Shown here piece after piece: positions 38,472 through 51,274 of a stretch of 64,000 bases of DNA. The stretch comes from Azolla caroliniana (Eukaryota > Plantae > Polypodiophyta). The notes beneath the pieces were generated by a model. That model ran no database searches, had not been told where the DNA came from, and saw only the letters and a list, made by a program, of their open reading frames with translations. A program made the translations under genes and the position numbers. The DNA is taken from NCBI GenBank assembly GCA_043228905.1, contig JBHGNT010000020.1, positions 14,756,001-14,820,000 of the forward strand. The letters run 5' to 3'. Positions within the stretch are counted from its first letter, which is position 1; each line of letters starts with the position of its first letter.

Positions 38472-38524
38472 GCTATCCGGCTAAGCTGGTTGTCTAAAGC
38501 TTCTACACCTTCGTTTTTATATCC
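38101..38524 (+). mobile_element. Solo LTR nested in the family B integrase
   Basis: Interrupts the ADNG..EYRGP coding region; starts tgttgagggg; TATA tgtataaata; (CT)n tract; flanks accat/gccat. Confidence 0.75.
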
Positions 38525-39508
38525 GCCATTGTCCGCTTGGTCTGCCTTCAATTTTTGGCCGGTTTCTCTCTAGGCCCTCGCTTGGAACTCTTTGAAGACT
38601 GATAACACTTGATCCTTCGTCTTCAACAAAGAAGCCCAAAACTTCTAGCTATAGTCATCAATGAAGGTCATGAAATACTATGAGCCACCATGCGACTTCG
38701 TGTCCACATAGCATATGTCCGTATGCACGAGTTCTAGCGCCATTTTCTTCCTCATCGTGGGCTTTGCTCAGAAGGATGTTCAATTCTGCATGCCGGCCAA
38801 GCAATCTGTGCACTTCTCAAGTTGCACGCTCTTCACCTCAGGAATGAGGTTGTCCTCGACAAGCTTTTGGATCCCTTTCTGGCTCATATGGCACAACCTC
38901 CTATGACACAGTTCACCGACCGTGTCAACTACCACGTTTGTTTTCCCTCGACATATTTGAGCATTCATTAAGTATAGTGTGTTGGTCTTCCGAGCTCATG
39001 CCATGGTCAAACTTCCTCGGTAGAACTTCATGACCCCGTTTCGGATGCTACTTGTGTAGCCTTCATCATCTAGCCGACCGGCTCATATTAGGTTCAATAG
39101 AACCTCTGGAATGTGTCGTACATCTCTCAGCACGAGTATGCACCTGGTTGAGGCTTCCAAACACACATCTCCAATGCCGACGATTCTATAGGGGTTCGGT
39201 GAAACGACACAACCGAATCAACCACCCATGTCGATTCTTCGTAAGCAAGATTCACTTCGTTTTGCTCCCTAGAATGAGTAACAACTCCTCCTCACTTGCA
39301 GCAATTGCTAAGGTGTTCTTCTTGTCCGGGATTTTCTTCAGCTTTACAACATCAGCTCGCTCTTTCTCCTTTCGAAAGTGTCGATAGTTTTTTTGGAAGT
39401 GCGTCCTCTTTCCACAATAGAAGAACGTGGGTCTCCCCCTCAATTTAGACCTGGTCCCTGACTTATCTCGGTTCTGGGAACTTTCATTTCGGCCTCTCCC
39501 CTGAATCG

Positions 39509-41563
39509 TGTCACCTTCGGTTGTCCCAAAAATACGACGAGGATACGTGAACTTGAGGCAAGACCCGAGGGCCTCCAACCAGAGAATATCGAATTCGTGT
39601 GTTTATGTACTAAGAATTAACCAAAATAAGAAAGATTGACAAATTTCATTAACAAATAGAAAGAAAGATTACAATTAATCCCAAGATTGGGATTACAAAA
39701 AGTTTAGCTAATGGAGATTGCTAGAGTAATAGATTATAAGAATTTGAGATATGGATTCAATAGAAATTTAGGGTTTTCGGCTTTGATAAGAGATTTTCGA
39801 TTTTGAGAGATATGGCTTTCGTAGCGAAAATTAGGGTTTATGAGAGATACGGCTTCGATAAGATAAGAGAGCTAAGAAAGAAAAGAAAAGAAAAAATTGA
39901 AGAAGCCGAGTGTAGTAAAAAAAATAGAATTTTATATGAAGTTCTCCGTTGATCATCGCCTTCAATGTTACTTTGCATGTCCACTTTTAGTTGCATGGCC
40001 TCTACTTTGAGTTGCATCCATTTTTAGTTGCATGGCTTTTTCTTTTAGTTGCATGCGGCCGTCCACATGACCTTTACTTTACTTTACTTTACTTTACTTT
40101 ACTTTACTTTAATTAGCCACATGATCCTATCATCTGTCTGTCTTGATCGTCGCCGGTTGTCGGATTGCTTACCGGCCGGTTTTGGTTTGCTTTCCGGCCG
40201 GTTCCGGTTTGCTTTCTGGCTTGTTCCGGTTTGCTTACCGGATGGTTCTGGTTTGCTTACCGGAGTACCGGCCGGTTCTGGATTGCTTACCGGTCGGTTC
40301 CGGTTTGCGGCCGACTCCATTTTATTGCCAATCGGTTTTTCGGAACTTTTCACATTTACCCACCTAACTTGACATGTAGTTGTCTATTTTGTATATAGTA
40401 AAATGCATTTTGAAACTCTTGAGTACATCCATATTTCTATAACAAGCTACTAACCTAATCTAAAATAATTATTTCATTATTTTCTTATACAGTGTGTGAA
40501 TATTCACACGACATTCACCCCCACCAAACTTGCACATCCACCGGTATGTGCCAATTTCGGTGAGGCTCCACTTTTGATTACTTTACTTTTTCGTTGATGC
40601 TCAAGATAGAATCGTCAAAAGCTTCGAATCCAATTTCTATTCTATCTCTTCTCTTGAAGATCTTGATTCTTTTACCGGCAATTGGCAAGGCAAGTGGTGG
40701 AGCATCCAATTTTACTAAATGATATGTTGCATTTTCTTCCACTTTCTTCACCACATATGGTCCAAACCATTGTTGTGAAAATTTTCGAGCCGTACTATGT
40801 TGGTTGTCTAAGCTACTGTCATAGACTAGCACCCATCTCCTTCAACGATTTTCCTCGGGCGAAGTCGATGTCGTTTATCAAAGTCTTTCTTGTTCTTTAG
40901 CCTTGCATTCTTTAGCCGCGCTTTAGCCACTTCTATATCTTCCGAATTCCGCTTCAACTGACGAATCCTCAATGCTAGAAGATCTTCTCTACTTATCTCA
41001 TCTTGCCATGGCAATGCAAACCATGAAATAATACTTTGTTCTATAGGCATTATCGGCTTTTGTTCGAATATGAGCTCTGCCGGCATGTATCCCATCACCG
41101 TGCTATGAGTAGTCCTGTCAGCCCATAGTGCAAATGACAATAGACGCCGCCATTCTCCTATTTTCCCATGGCAAGCTTTCACTAGAGCCTTCACAATCGG
41201 TCCATGTCCACGTTCCACTTTCCCATTTGCTTCCGGATTATACGCCATGGTAAGAGATAATTTGACTCCCATCCTAGAGAAGAATTCTCTAACTTCATTG
41301 GCGTCTAGCTCGCCTCGGACCTCAATGTGCTTATATAGCCAAGGCCTTAAGTTTCCTATCTATGTGGGATACTTCAAATTTCTATTTTCCCTATCTTCTC
41401 AACCTTCATGTCGACCTAACTTGATATGTAGTTGTCTATTTTGTATATAGTAAAATGCGTTTTGAAACTCTTGAGTACATCCATATTTATATAACAAGCT
41501 ACTAATCTAATCTAAAATAATTATTTCATTAGTTTTTTACATAGTGTGAAAATTCACACGACA
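39509..41563 (-). mobile_element. Internally deleted Ty3/gypsy: 3' LTR 39509-40513, integrase C-half, partial 5' LTR
   Basis: ORFs 40826-41272 (YNPEANGKVERGHGPIVKAL) and 40578-40832 (WFGPY); PPT ggtgggggtgaa; 41410-41563 repeats 40362-40513; ccggtt-rich and (TTTAC)n repeats in the LTR. Confidence 0.88.
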
Positions 41564-42698
41564 CCGTGATTAAGGTTTTCTTGTCATTATTGGACTCACA
41601 GTCCTTCCGGGGAGGTTCTTCATTCAGCAAGCTCGACTTCACCTGCACTAGTGATAGATGCTTCCCTTCCGGTCCCGCATTGCCCAATGTGACAACCGAC
41701 GTTTCCTAGATGTCCGAAAGGGATCCAACAATAGTAATGCTAATACCTCGTCAGCTAGAGGTACTTCTGGAGAGGTGGTTTGGTTCATCAATCCTTGGAA
41801 GGCATTAATGTGCTCCGCCATATTGGAGCCTCACGATTTTCCTATATACAGAGACTCGGTTCACAACTTGTTTGTTTTCGAACATAACGCCAATCTTCTT
41901 CCGTCGGTCGTCTGCTTCTGTTCCTTCACCGAAGTTGTTGTATAGACCCATGTCTATAAAACACCTTATATATGTGGCCGCCTTTAGATGCAACACTTCC
42001 CAAGTCACTGCATCGATCTTGTTTGGTCTTTTATCTCCGAACTGCACCGACAGCCAAAGGTCTTTGCACACAAGCATGTTTCTCATCTTCGACTTCCACT
42101 CTGAGTAGTTGGAGCCGATTAGCTTAAACATGCCGCCGAATGAGTCTTCCATCGCTCTGATACCACTTTGTTATAATCGTGACTAGCAACAACCAGTTTT
42201 GCATTCGTATTCATGAGTAGAAACTACGAACTAGTACATAGTCAGAAAAACGGTCAAGAAACATAGGCAACGATCTTTTATGTGGAAAACGCAAAATGGG
42301 AAAACCACGGGGGTCCACAAACCCCAAGAAAATAGATCACTATAGTAAATAGGAAGTACAAGTACGGAACTCGAAGGCAACAACCTTGAGTTCTCCTTCG
42401 TCTGACAAACGACTACTGAGTAACACTCTCACTCTCTCACTCATAGTTAAAGAGGCAACTACCTCGTTCTAACTTTTCAATAATGATCAACTACATCGTA
42501 CCAAAGTTTTCTCTAGTTGCTTATAAACAAAAGCAACATTTTTGGCTATTTACAAGTATAGCCCACAAAGGGCATTTTAGCGTATTTACAATTATAGCCT
42601 TCCGAAATGATTTCAGTTTTGGTTTCGGCAGAGGCCGAGATTCTCCCCAACACGGTACTTCTCTTACCATCCAGAGGGACATGTTTCCCAACAGTTTG

Positions 42699-43045
42699 TT
42701 CCTTTGATTTCCAGGAAATCGTAGCAGCAGCTACAATGTACATATACCCACTTGTTGACTTGTAGTCATCCACATCTCCACCCCCCAATCGGAGTCAGAA
42801 CAACCCATTAGTTGACTGGAGGGTTTGGTCCATCCTTGCACTAGTGAGGCTGACTCTGATTGTGTGGCTGACTAAGTCAACGCAAAATGTTGAGTATGCT
42901 TCAAATATTGTACTAATCGTTTAAGCATGGTCCAATGCTTCGGTCCTCGAGTAGCCATGAAATGAGAAAGAAAACCAGCGGCAAAACAAATATTTGGACG
43001 TGTGCAACTAACTAGATATCTTATACATCCAAGAATTTGTTTATA
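42699..43045 (-). mobile_element. Copia family D RT/RNase H fragment, right half of the split host
   Basis: GCSDSDWGGGDVDDYKSTSGY...ISWKSKEQ. Confidence 0.75.
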
Positions 43046-44300
43046 TGTTGAGAATCAGACTCAACTTCCCGTGTGTGGGAATAGATTCTAGGGTACTCAA
43101 GTGTGTGAACACTCCACCTCCTTGTATAGTAATTAGTGTATCATAGAAGTTAATGTTCTATGACACATATTCTTTAAGTAGTTAGACACGACCTCTTTTC
43201 CAAGAGGCAGTCCTAGTGAGAGAACTTAGAGAGAAGTTGACTACATAAGCACCTTCTCCTTCTCTTTGTAATGTTGGTTATTCTTGCTTCCTTGTAATAC
43301 AGTTTTCTATTTTCTATAACTCTTGAATACTCTCTCTCTCTCTCCACACACACACTCAGTTCTTCCACTGCACAAAATCATCACTGATTCTTTACATGGT
43401 ATCAAAGCACTTGGTAGCTTGATCCAAGCCCATCACCTTTACGTGTGTTGTGCCCAAGCTTGCGTTCGGAAAGAAATGGTTGATCGTTGTAGCAGCAATA
43501 TGCATAGTTTGTATCGAAGAGAAGAAGAAGAAGAAGCTCAACATGAAAACTTAGATGGGAAGCGCTCTTACTATTGAGAAACTTGATACAAACAACTTTG
43601 CGTCTTGGGAGTTCAAGATGCACCAATACTTGGTTAGCCAAGGATATTGGAATTATGTCAAAGGAGCAAACTAAAATCAACCCAACCCAACACATACTGA
43701 CTACCTAGCTTGGGAGCAAGCGACGAGTCTTGTGTTGTATTGCCTTGCATCATGCATCCGTGATCACATACTTGACTACATCTGAGAGGCCGAAATGGTG
43801 AAGGAGGCGTGGTGGAGCCTCAAGAAGACTTTTGCGGTGAACACGACCGTAAGAAAGCTTCAACTCGGTCAAGATTTGAACGATATACAACAAAGGGACA
43901 TGTCAATCAGTAGCTACACCTTGAAGATCAAGGAGTTGTGTGATGCCCTCAGGTCGATCAATGTTAGCATTGACGACGATGAAATGGTGCATATCTACCT
44001 CGGCGACTTAGCAGCTCAGTTCGGAGCCATTAGTTCGATATTCCTCGCGAGGGAGAATCCTCCCTACTTCGATCTCCAATTCATGTTGCGGGTCGAGGAG
44101 AATCATGTTCGAACAAGAAGCAATGCTAAAGAAGGACAAATGTTCTATTCGAACTTCAATAGAGGAAGACGACAAGGTCGTGGAAGAAGAGGATGATTCG
44201 GCCAACGCTGACACAACCAAGAGAAACCCTAAGAACATAACTTCTACTAGAAACAACACGTTTTGAAATCGCGAGACAAAGCATCCGGAAGAAGGGGAGC
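43046..44300 (+). mobile_element. Copia family A 5' part: LTR 43046-43396, PBS, degenerate gag
   Basis: TG...tttaCA then tggtatcaaagc; gag MGSALTIEKLDTNNFASWEFKMHQYL at 43555; ORF 43795-44196. Confidence 0.9.
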
Positions 44301-47300
44301 ACTCAGAAAACGTAAATGAAAAAGTGCAGAAATGCAGAAGTGCACAACTTTAACGTGGAAACCCAAAATGGGAAAAACCACGGGGGTCCACAAACCCTGA
44401 GAAATATAGTCACTAGAATAAAGTAGGGAGGAGTACAATTAGAAACTCTGAGGCAACGGCCTCGAGTTTCTACTTCGTCAACAAACAGATACAGAGTTAC
44501 TCTCACTCTCTCACACTGTTACTGTTACATAGTTATTGAGGCAACGACCTTCGCAGTAACTTTTCAACAACTCATTATTACATTATGATTGTCCGAAGTA
44601 CTTACATACTTACATTATTTACAAGTGTAGTCCATAAGGGCATATTTAGAACTATTTACAAGTATATTCTTTCGAGTTGGTTGTCTACACGATTTCAGTT
44701 TCGGCCTGAATCGAGTTCCTCACCAACTCAGCTCTTCTCTTCACATCCGGAGGGACCCGTTTCCTAACAAACTCCCCCTTCACTCTAGCATGGGGTACTG
44801 TACCAATCTGATCCTCCGTTGGCACGTGCCCAACTTTTCGGCTGATAACACCTTAGTTGGCATGTCTGATCCATTTTTGGTCGTGTGAATTTTTACTAGA
44901 CTGGACTCCCTTTCTTCTACCCTCTCTAGGATCCAATGGTACTTCCGTTGGATGTGCATTGTCCTTGAGTGGTAGGTGGCATTTTTTGCAACGAGGATGG
45001 CTCTTTGATTATCGCAGTAGAGTCGGAATTCTTCCTGTTCAACTCCCAGTTCACCGATAAACTCCTTCACCCATATGATTTCCTTGCCGGTTTCTACTGC
45101 GGCCATATACTCGGCTTTGGTGGTTGATAACGCCATGGCCTTCTACAACCTTGATTGCCACGAGAAACCTCCCCCCTGCATAAGTCATTACGTATTTGGA
45201 CATGGATTGGTTGGTATTTGCATCAGCCGACATGTCCGAGTCCGTGTAACCTTCCAATGTGGGGTTACCTAAGCCAAAACGAAGACACACGCTCGCGGTG
45301 CCTCTGAGGTACTGTAGTATCCATTTTACGGCAACCCAATGCTCTCTCTCGGGATTACTCATATATCAACTGACCACTCCGACCATGTATCCAATGTCCG
45401 GCCTAGTACAAACCATTGCATACATCAGTATTCCAACCGCCGAGGCATAGGGAACTTTTGACGTTTCGGCATTTTCGGTTTTCAATTTCGGACATTGATC
45501 TTTGATTACCTTGCAATTCGTTGGGAGTGTTGAGCCGACCGATTTTGCCATTTCCATGTCGAATCTCTGGAGAACCTTTGTCACATACTTCTCCTATGAC
45601 AACCATAACATTTTCTTTGTTCGGTCCCGAACAATGTGCGTGTCCAAGATTTTCTTTGCTGGACCCATATCCTTCATCGAGAATGACCCGTTCAAGGCCT
45701 TCTTCAGCGCTTAGATCTTCATATGGTCTCGTCCGACAATTAGCATGTCGTCCACGTACAGCAAGAGGATGAGGAAATCTCCTGCGTCGAACTTCTTCAC
45801 AAATACGCAGTGATCGGCTTGCGTTTTGTGGTACCCATTTTCAATCATGAAGGATTCGAATTTTCGGTACCATTGCCATGGAGCCTAGTTCAACCCGTAC
45901 AAGCTCTTCCTCAATTGGCATACTAGGTTTTCTTTATCTTTCATTACGAACACTTTTGTCTACTACATATATATCTCCTCTTCGAGATCTCCGTGCAGAA
46001 ACACCGTCTTGACATCCAATTGTTCGACTTCGAGATCCATGCTGGCTGCAATGCTCAACATGGTTGAGATTGATGTCATCTTCACCACCGGGGAAAATAT
46101 CTCGTCGAAATCCATGCCCTTCTTATGTTGAAAACCTTTCACGACAATTCGTGCTTTGTATATAGGTGGATTTCTGCAATCTCTCGGTTTTAGCTTATAT
46201 ACTCACTTATTTCGGAGTGCCTTCTTCCCCTTCGGCAACTCGGTCAATTCGTATGTGTGGTTCTCATGCAAGGATTCCATCTCCTCTTGCATGGATCACA
46301 ACCACTCTCGGTTGTGGGCTTCTTTAGCTTCTTCGAAGCTTTTCGGCTCCCCCTGATCGGTTAGTAGTATGCGTTCTTCATCCGGAAATCTTCGGGGGGC
46401 TCTTCACTCTCTAAGGCGGTATCTTCGGCCTCTGTTCGGCACGTTCTGTTCTTCTTTGGCAGAATCAATTTCGGTTCCTTGCTCAGACGACTCCCCTTCA
46501 TCATCAGTCAATTCTCGATTTTGCCGAGTATTAGATCGATCGACTGGTAGAGATTCGATTTTGATTGAATCAACATCCACTTGGTTCGGTCAAGCATCGA
46601 CTCGGCTTGATTTGGTGGTTGGAGACTTGTTCTCGTTCTCCCAATCTACCATCGTCTTCTCTTCCATGAACACAATATCTCAGCTCCTAAGTGCCTTCTT
46701 CTTGGCTAAATCCCATAGCCTATAGCCGAATTCGTCATCGCCGTAACCAAGAAATATGCACGGCCAAGATTTTGGGTTCAGTTTCCCCCTTTGATCCTTT
46801 GCAACATGTATGTAGGCAAGACAACCAAACACCTTCAAATGTCGGTACGATAGGTCTTTGGCACTCCACACCCTTTGTGGGATATCACCATCCAAGGGAA
46901 CTGAGGGCGATCGGTTTATCATGTACGCTACCATCATTAACGCCTAAGCCCAGAACGTTTTCGGTAGCTTCGCATGTGAAAGCATGCTTTGGACTCTCTC
47001 CATTATGGTCCAATTCATTCTCTTGGCCAGCCCATTAAGCTCTCGTGGCTTCGGCACGGTATACTCGAGCCGGATTCCTTGCGTTCGGCAATATTCTTCG
47101 AATGGTCCGCGGTTCTCTCCACCATTGTCAGCTCGGACTGCCTTCAACTTACGACCAGTTTCTCTATCGGCCCTCGCTTGGAAGTTTTTGAAGATAGATA
47201 ACACTTGATCTTTCGTCTTCAACACAGATGCCCACAACTTCCGGCTATAGTCGTCTATAAAGGTCACGAAATACTGTGAACCACTATGTGAATTCGTGTC

Positions 47301-49346
47301 GATGTAGCAGACATCCGTATGCACTACTTCCAATGACATTTTCTTTCTCATCGGGGGCCTTGTTCAGAAGGGTGCTCAATTCTGCTTACCAGCCAAGCAA
47401 TCTGTGCTCTCAAGTTGGACGTTCTTTACCTCTGGAATGAGATTATCCTCGGCAAGCTTCCGTATCCCCTTTTCGCTCATGTGGCATAATCTCCTGTGCC
47501 ACAGTTCACCGACCATTTCGGTTGCCACATTCACTTCCCCACGGCTTAATCGAGCATTCATATGTAGAATGTGTTGGTTTCCCGTCCTCGAGCCACGATT
47601 AGGCTCCCCTTGCAGAACTTCATGACGTCATTCCGAATGCTACACGTGTAGCCTTCATCGTCTAGCCTACCGGTTGATATCAAGTTCAATCGAATCTCTG
47701 AAATGTGTCGTACATCCCTCAACACAAGTCTGCAGCTGGTTGAAGTCACCAAACACAAGTCTCCGATGCCAACGATTCGGCATGCTCAATTTGCCATCTT
47801 TACGGATCCAAGATCTCCGACCCTATATGATGAGAAGCATTTCCAGTCGGGGGTTAGGTGAAACGACGTACCCAAATCGACCACCCATGTCGATTCATCA
47901 TTGACAAGGTTCACTTCGTTCTAATCACTGATTAGCAGCAACTCCTCTTCACTTGTCGCGATAACCGAGGTGTTCTTGCTTTCCGAAATCCTTTTCGGCT
48001 GCACACCATCGGCTCCCCCTTTTTCCTTTCCGAAATGTTGGTAATTCTTTTGGAAGTGCCCTGGCTTCCTGCAATAGAAGCATGTGGGCCTTCCCCTCGA
48101 CTTTGAACTCGTCCCCAACTTATCTCGGTTCTGGGGACTTCGATTTCGGCTCCTTCGTCGATCCATATCGCTTTGTGTGACGAGGGCCTTCAGGTTGGTG
48201 TTGGACTCTTGATGCTTACGGTGAGCTTCTTCATTCAACAAGATCGACTTCACCTGCTCTAGGGATAGATGATTCCCTTCCGGTCCTGTGTTGCCCAATG
48301 TGACAACCAGTGTTTCCGAACTGTCCCAAAGGGATCCAAGCAAGAATAGTGCATATACCTCATCGGCAAGAGGTACTTCTAGAGAAGTGGTTTGGTGCAT
48401 TAGTACTTGGAAGGTATTGATGTGCTCCACCATGCTAGAGCCATCCTGATATCGACATCTCACGATTTACTGAAGACCGAGACTTTGTTCACAACGTTCT
48501 TGTTTTCGAACATCACACCAATCTTTTTCCACAGGACGTTGGCTTCTGTTTCTTCGCCGAAGTTGTTCTATAGACTCATCTCTATAAAACATCCTATGTA
48601 TGTGGTCGCCTTTAGATGCAACACTTCCCAAGTTGCTGCGTCAATCTTGTCTGGCCTTTTATCTCCGAATTGCACCGGCAACCAGAGATCTTTGCACACA
48701 AGCATGTCTCTCATGTTTGACTTCCACACAGAATAGTTGGAGCCGGTTAACTTGAACATGCCGCCGAACGAGTCTTTCATTGCTCTGTTACCACTTTGTC
48801 GAGAATCGTGACCGGCTACAACCGGTTAACTCGTTTGTATGTGTTCGGGTGCAGAAAAACATAAATGAAAAAGTGCTCAGACAATATACAAAACAGAATT
48901 ACAAAAGTGCACAATTTTAACATGGAAACCCTAAATGGGGAAAACCACAGGGGTCCACAAAACCCGAGAAATAGAGTCACTAGAATAAAGTAGGGAGGAA
49001 TACAACTAGAACCTCTAAGGCAACGACCTCGGGTTTCTACTTCATCAACAGACGGATACAAAGTTACTCTCACTCTGTCATGATCTTACTGTTACATAGT
49101 TATTGAGGCAACGACCTTCACAATAACTTTTCAACAACTCATTGTTACATTCTTAATGTCCTAAGTACTTATATTCTAGTACACCTTTTGGATTATTTAC
49201 AATTGTAGCCCATAAGGGCATATTTAGACTATTTACAAGTATAGTCTTCCGAGTTGGCTGTCTACACGATTTCGGTTTCGGCCTCGGCCGAGTTCCTCAT
49301 CAACTCGGCTCTTCTATTCCCATCCGGAGGAACCCGTTTCCTAACC
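44300..49346 (-). mobile_element. Second Tnt1-like copia (family B relative), near full length
   Basis: 5' LTR 48797-49346; PBS 48782-48793; gag 48568-48780 and 47921-48463 (CFYCRKPGH); integrase 46944-47351; RT; RNase H 44780-45136; PPT; truncated 3' LTR ~44300-44769. Confidence 0.92.
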
Positions 49347-50850
49347 CCATAGAGCGGGAAATTAATCCGGAGTAGTGACGTAGTTGTCAATGAAGACTCT
49401 ATTCTCTCTTAGAGGAACTGGTAGAAAATAGTTGGTAAAAAGGTATCCTTCTAAGTAGATGAATATGTTGTAGAAGGACCATCCCACTGGACCGAATTAG
49501 AGATTTGACAAACAGTCGAACTCGACCAAGTTGACAATACGCCTGTCGACTCCGAATCAGTAAGAGGTCCACTAGTTGAAATGGATTCAAGTAAGAGATT
49601 TACAAGATCACTATTGGCAAACCAAGGCAAAGCCGAATCGACAAGAGTTGAGAAAGGTAAAGCCAAGAAGTGTCAAGCCGAAAAAGACAGAGTCAATTCG
49701 ATTGACATACCCATAAAGGCGAAAGGGAAAAGCCGACCCGAGTCAGCTAAGTTCCCTACCTCCAAGTCAATTGATCTCGAAGAAGAGGAGGATAACTCCA
49801 CATCGCCGAAATCCTATTGGAGGGGCGAGTCATCGAGAAGGACTCCTGAAAATGATCTAATTAATCCTAGTGAGCCGACCAAGCCAACTGAAGAGGTTGA
49901 ACCAACACAATCGGCACCTACGAGATCCGGACGAGTCTGAAGACCACCGATAACAATATCGGATTGTTGAATCAGGCCAAGTGGTCGGACAATACTTGTG
50001 TTGGCCATTCATAACCAAAAAGGATAGGCGTCCCATTTCGTAATACCAAGCCGATCACATGTAAGCTTATTAATCACATTGACACCAGAACCACTCTCGA
50101 CAATGCTCACTGAAACTTCCTCTCCTCGAATTATTACCCTGATTGTTCGAGTTTGCTTATCCATTACCATTGGTCCTGTGATTTGAGGTTAATATTTTAA
50201 ACTTCAAATAAACTTAGTGGTTAATATTTTAAGGGATTCAAACTCACCAGGCTCATGCTGGGAGTACCAATTTGCTGATTGCCCCTCTAGTGACAATCCA
50301 AACTCTGCAATTTTGGACTTGTCTGCATCAGCCTCCGATAATGTTTGGGATACATGATTGCGTCAGCCTCATCATGATACTTGGGATATGGATACGACAT
50401 TGTATTCTCTTGGTGTTGGTCGAACGGCTCGTTGTCTGAACTATTATCAATCACTAAGCTAGGATTTCTCTAGATTCCCCTTTAGCTTCCTGTTGGACTT
50501 GTCTGGTACCCTCCGAACTATAAGAATTGAACCTGGGAACTTCGCTCACTTCCCTTTCAGCTTCTCGTAGGCTCTACTTGGTAAATTCCGAACTCTTGAA
50601 CTCACCCTCTTCTGCACGGCGGCTCTCCGCTCTCGTGTGGGGTCTTCTGCTCTCTGCAGGTTATTCCGAATTACGTCGACTAGGTGACACCCATGCTCCT
50701 TGTTTTCTATTTATAACAAATGTAACCGGGTGTGCCAAAATATTGTGTTGATCTGTCGACAGTCGACTGTTGTACCCGATAGGAGAACGTTCTGTCAAGA
50801 ACATTCGACTACGGACATTCTATCAAGATGATATTGGTAGGAGAATTAAT
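49347..50850 (-). mobile_element. Deleted Tat-like Ty3/gypsy: LTR end, tRNA-Arg-type PBS, gag and protease relics, antisense 3' ORF
   Basis: PBS tggcacacccggt (minus, 50724-50736); gag KIAEFGLSLEGQSANWY (~50230-50330); protease IVESGSGVNVI...MANTSIVRPLGLI (~49945-50160). Confidence 0.75.
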
Positions 50851-51274
50851 ATTTGCCAACTATGAAACACACTTACTTAGAACCATAACATAGATCTTAA
50901 TTGTTGTAAACCGGAATAAGAACCAGATCGACTATGGAATATAAACATCCGGACACATGAAATAGGTAATATGTCGCAATTTGAGAACACCACATAAAAA
51001 GAGCAAAAAAGACCAAAAATAGGTTGATTCACAACAAGGGCATGTGCATGCGTAAAGGACATTTAAAAATGTTCCAAGAATATATTGATATTTAGGACAT
51101 TTAAAAATATTCCAAGAATATATTGATATTTAACATGTTGAAAAATTGTGGCATGTCCAAAAGCACCTAAATAATTGGCAAGCGAAACATACAAAATAGT
51201 ATACAAAATGACTAACACCTAAATCGATAAATAGTCGTTATTTGATAGTTTAATCTAGAATACAATTACAAAGT

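Larger units (their letters stand above)
34526..42693 (-). mobile_element. Complete Tnt1-like copia (family B) with three nested insertions
   Basis: 3' LTR 34526-35035, 5' LTR 42169-42693, TSD GTTTG both sides; PBS tggtatcagagc 42154-42165; gag MEDSFGGMFKL (41805-42152); integrase and RT ORFs (37697-37915, 36893-37096). Confidence 0.95.

Noticed and set aside
40049-40398. Overlapping repetitive ORFs
   Set aside because: They arise from ccggtt-rich tandem repeats within a gypsy LTR
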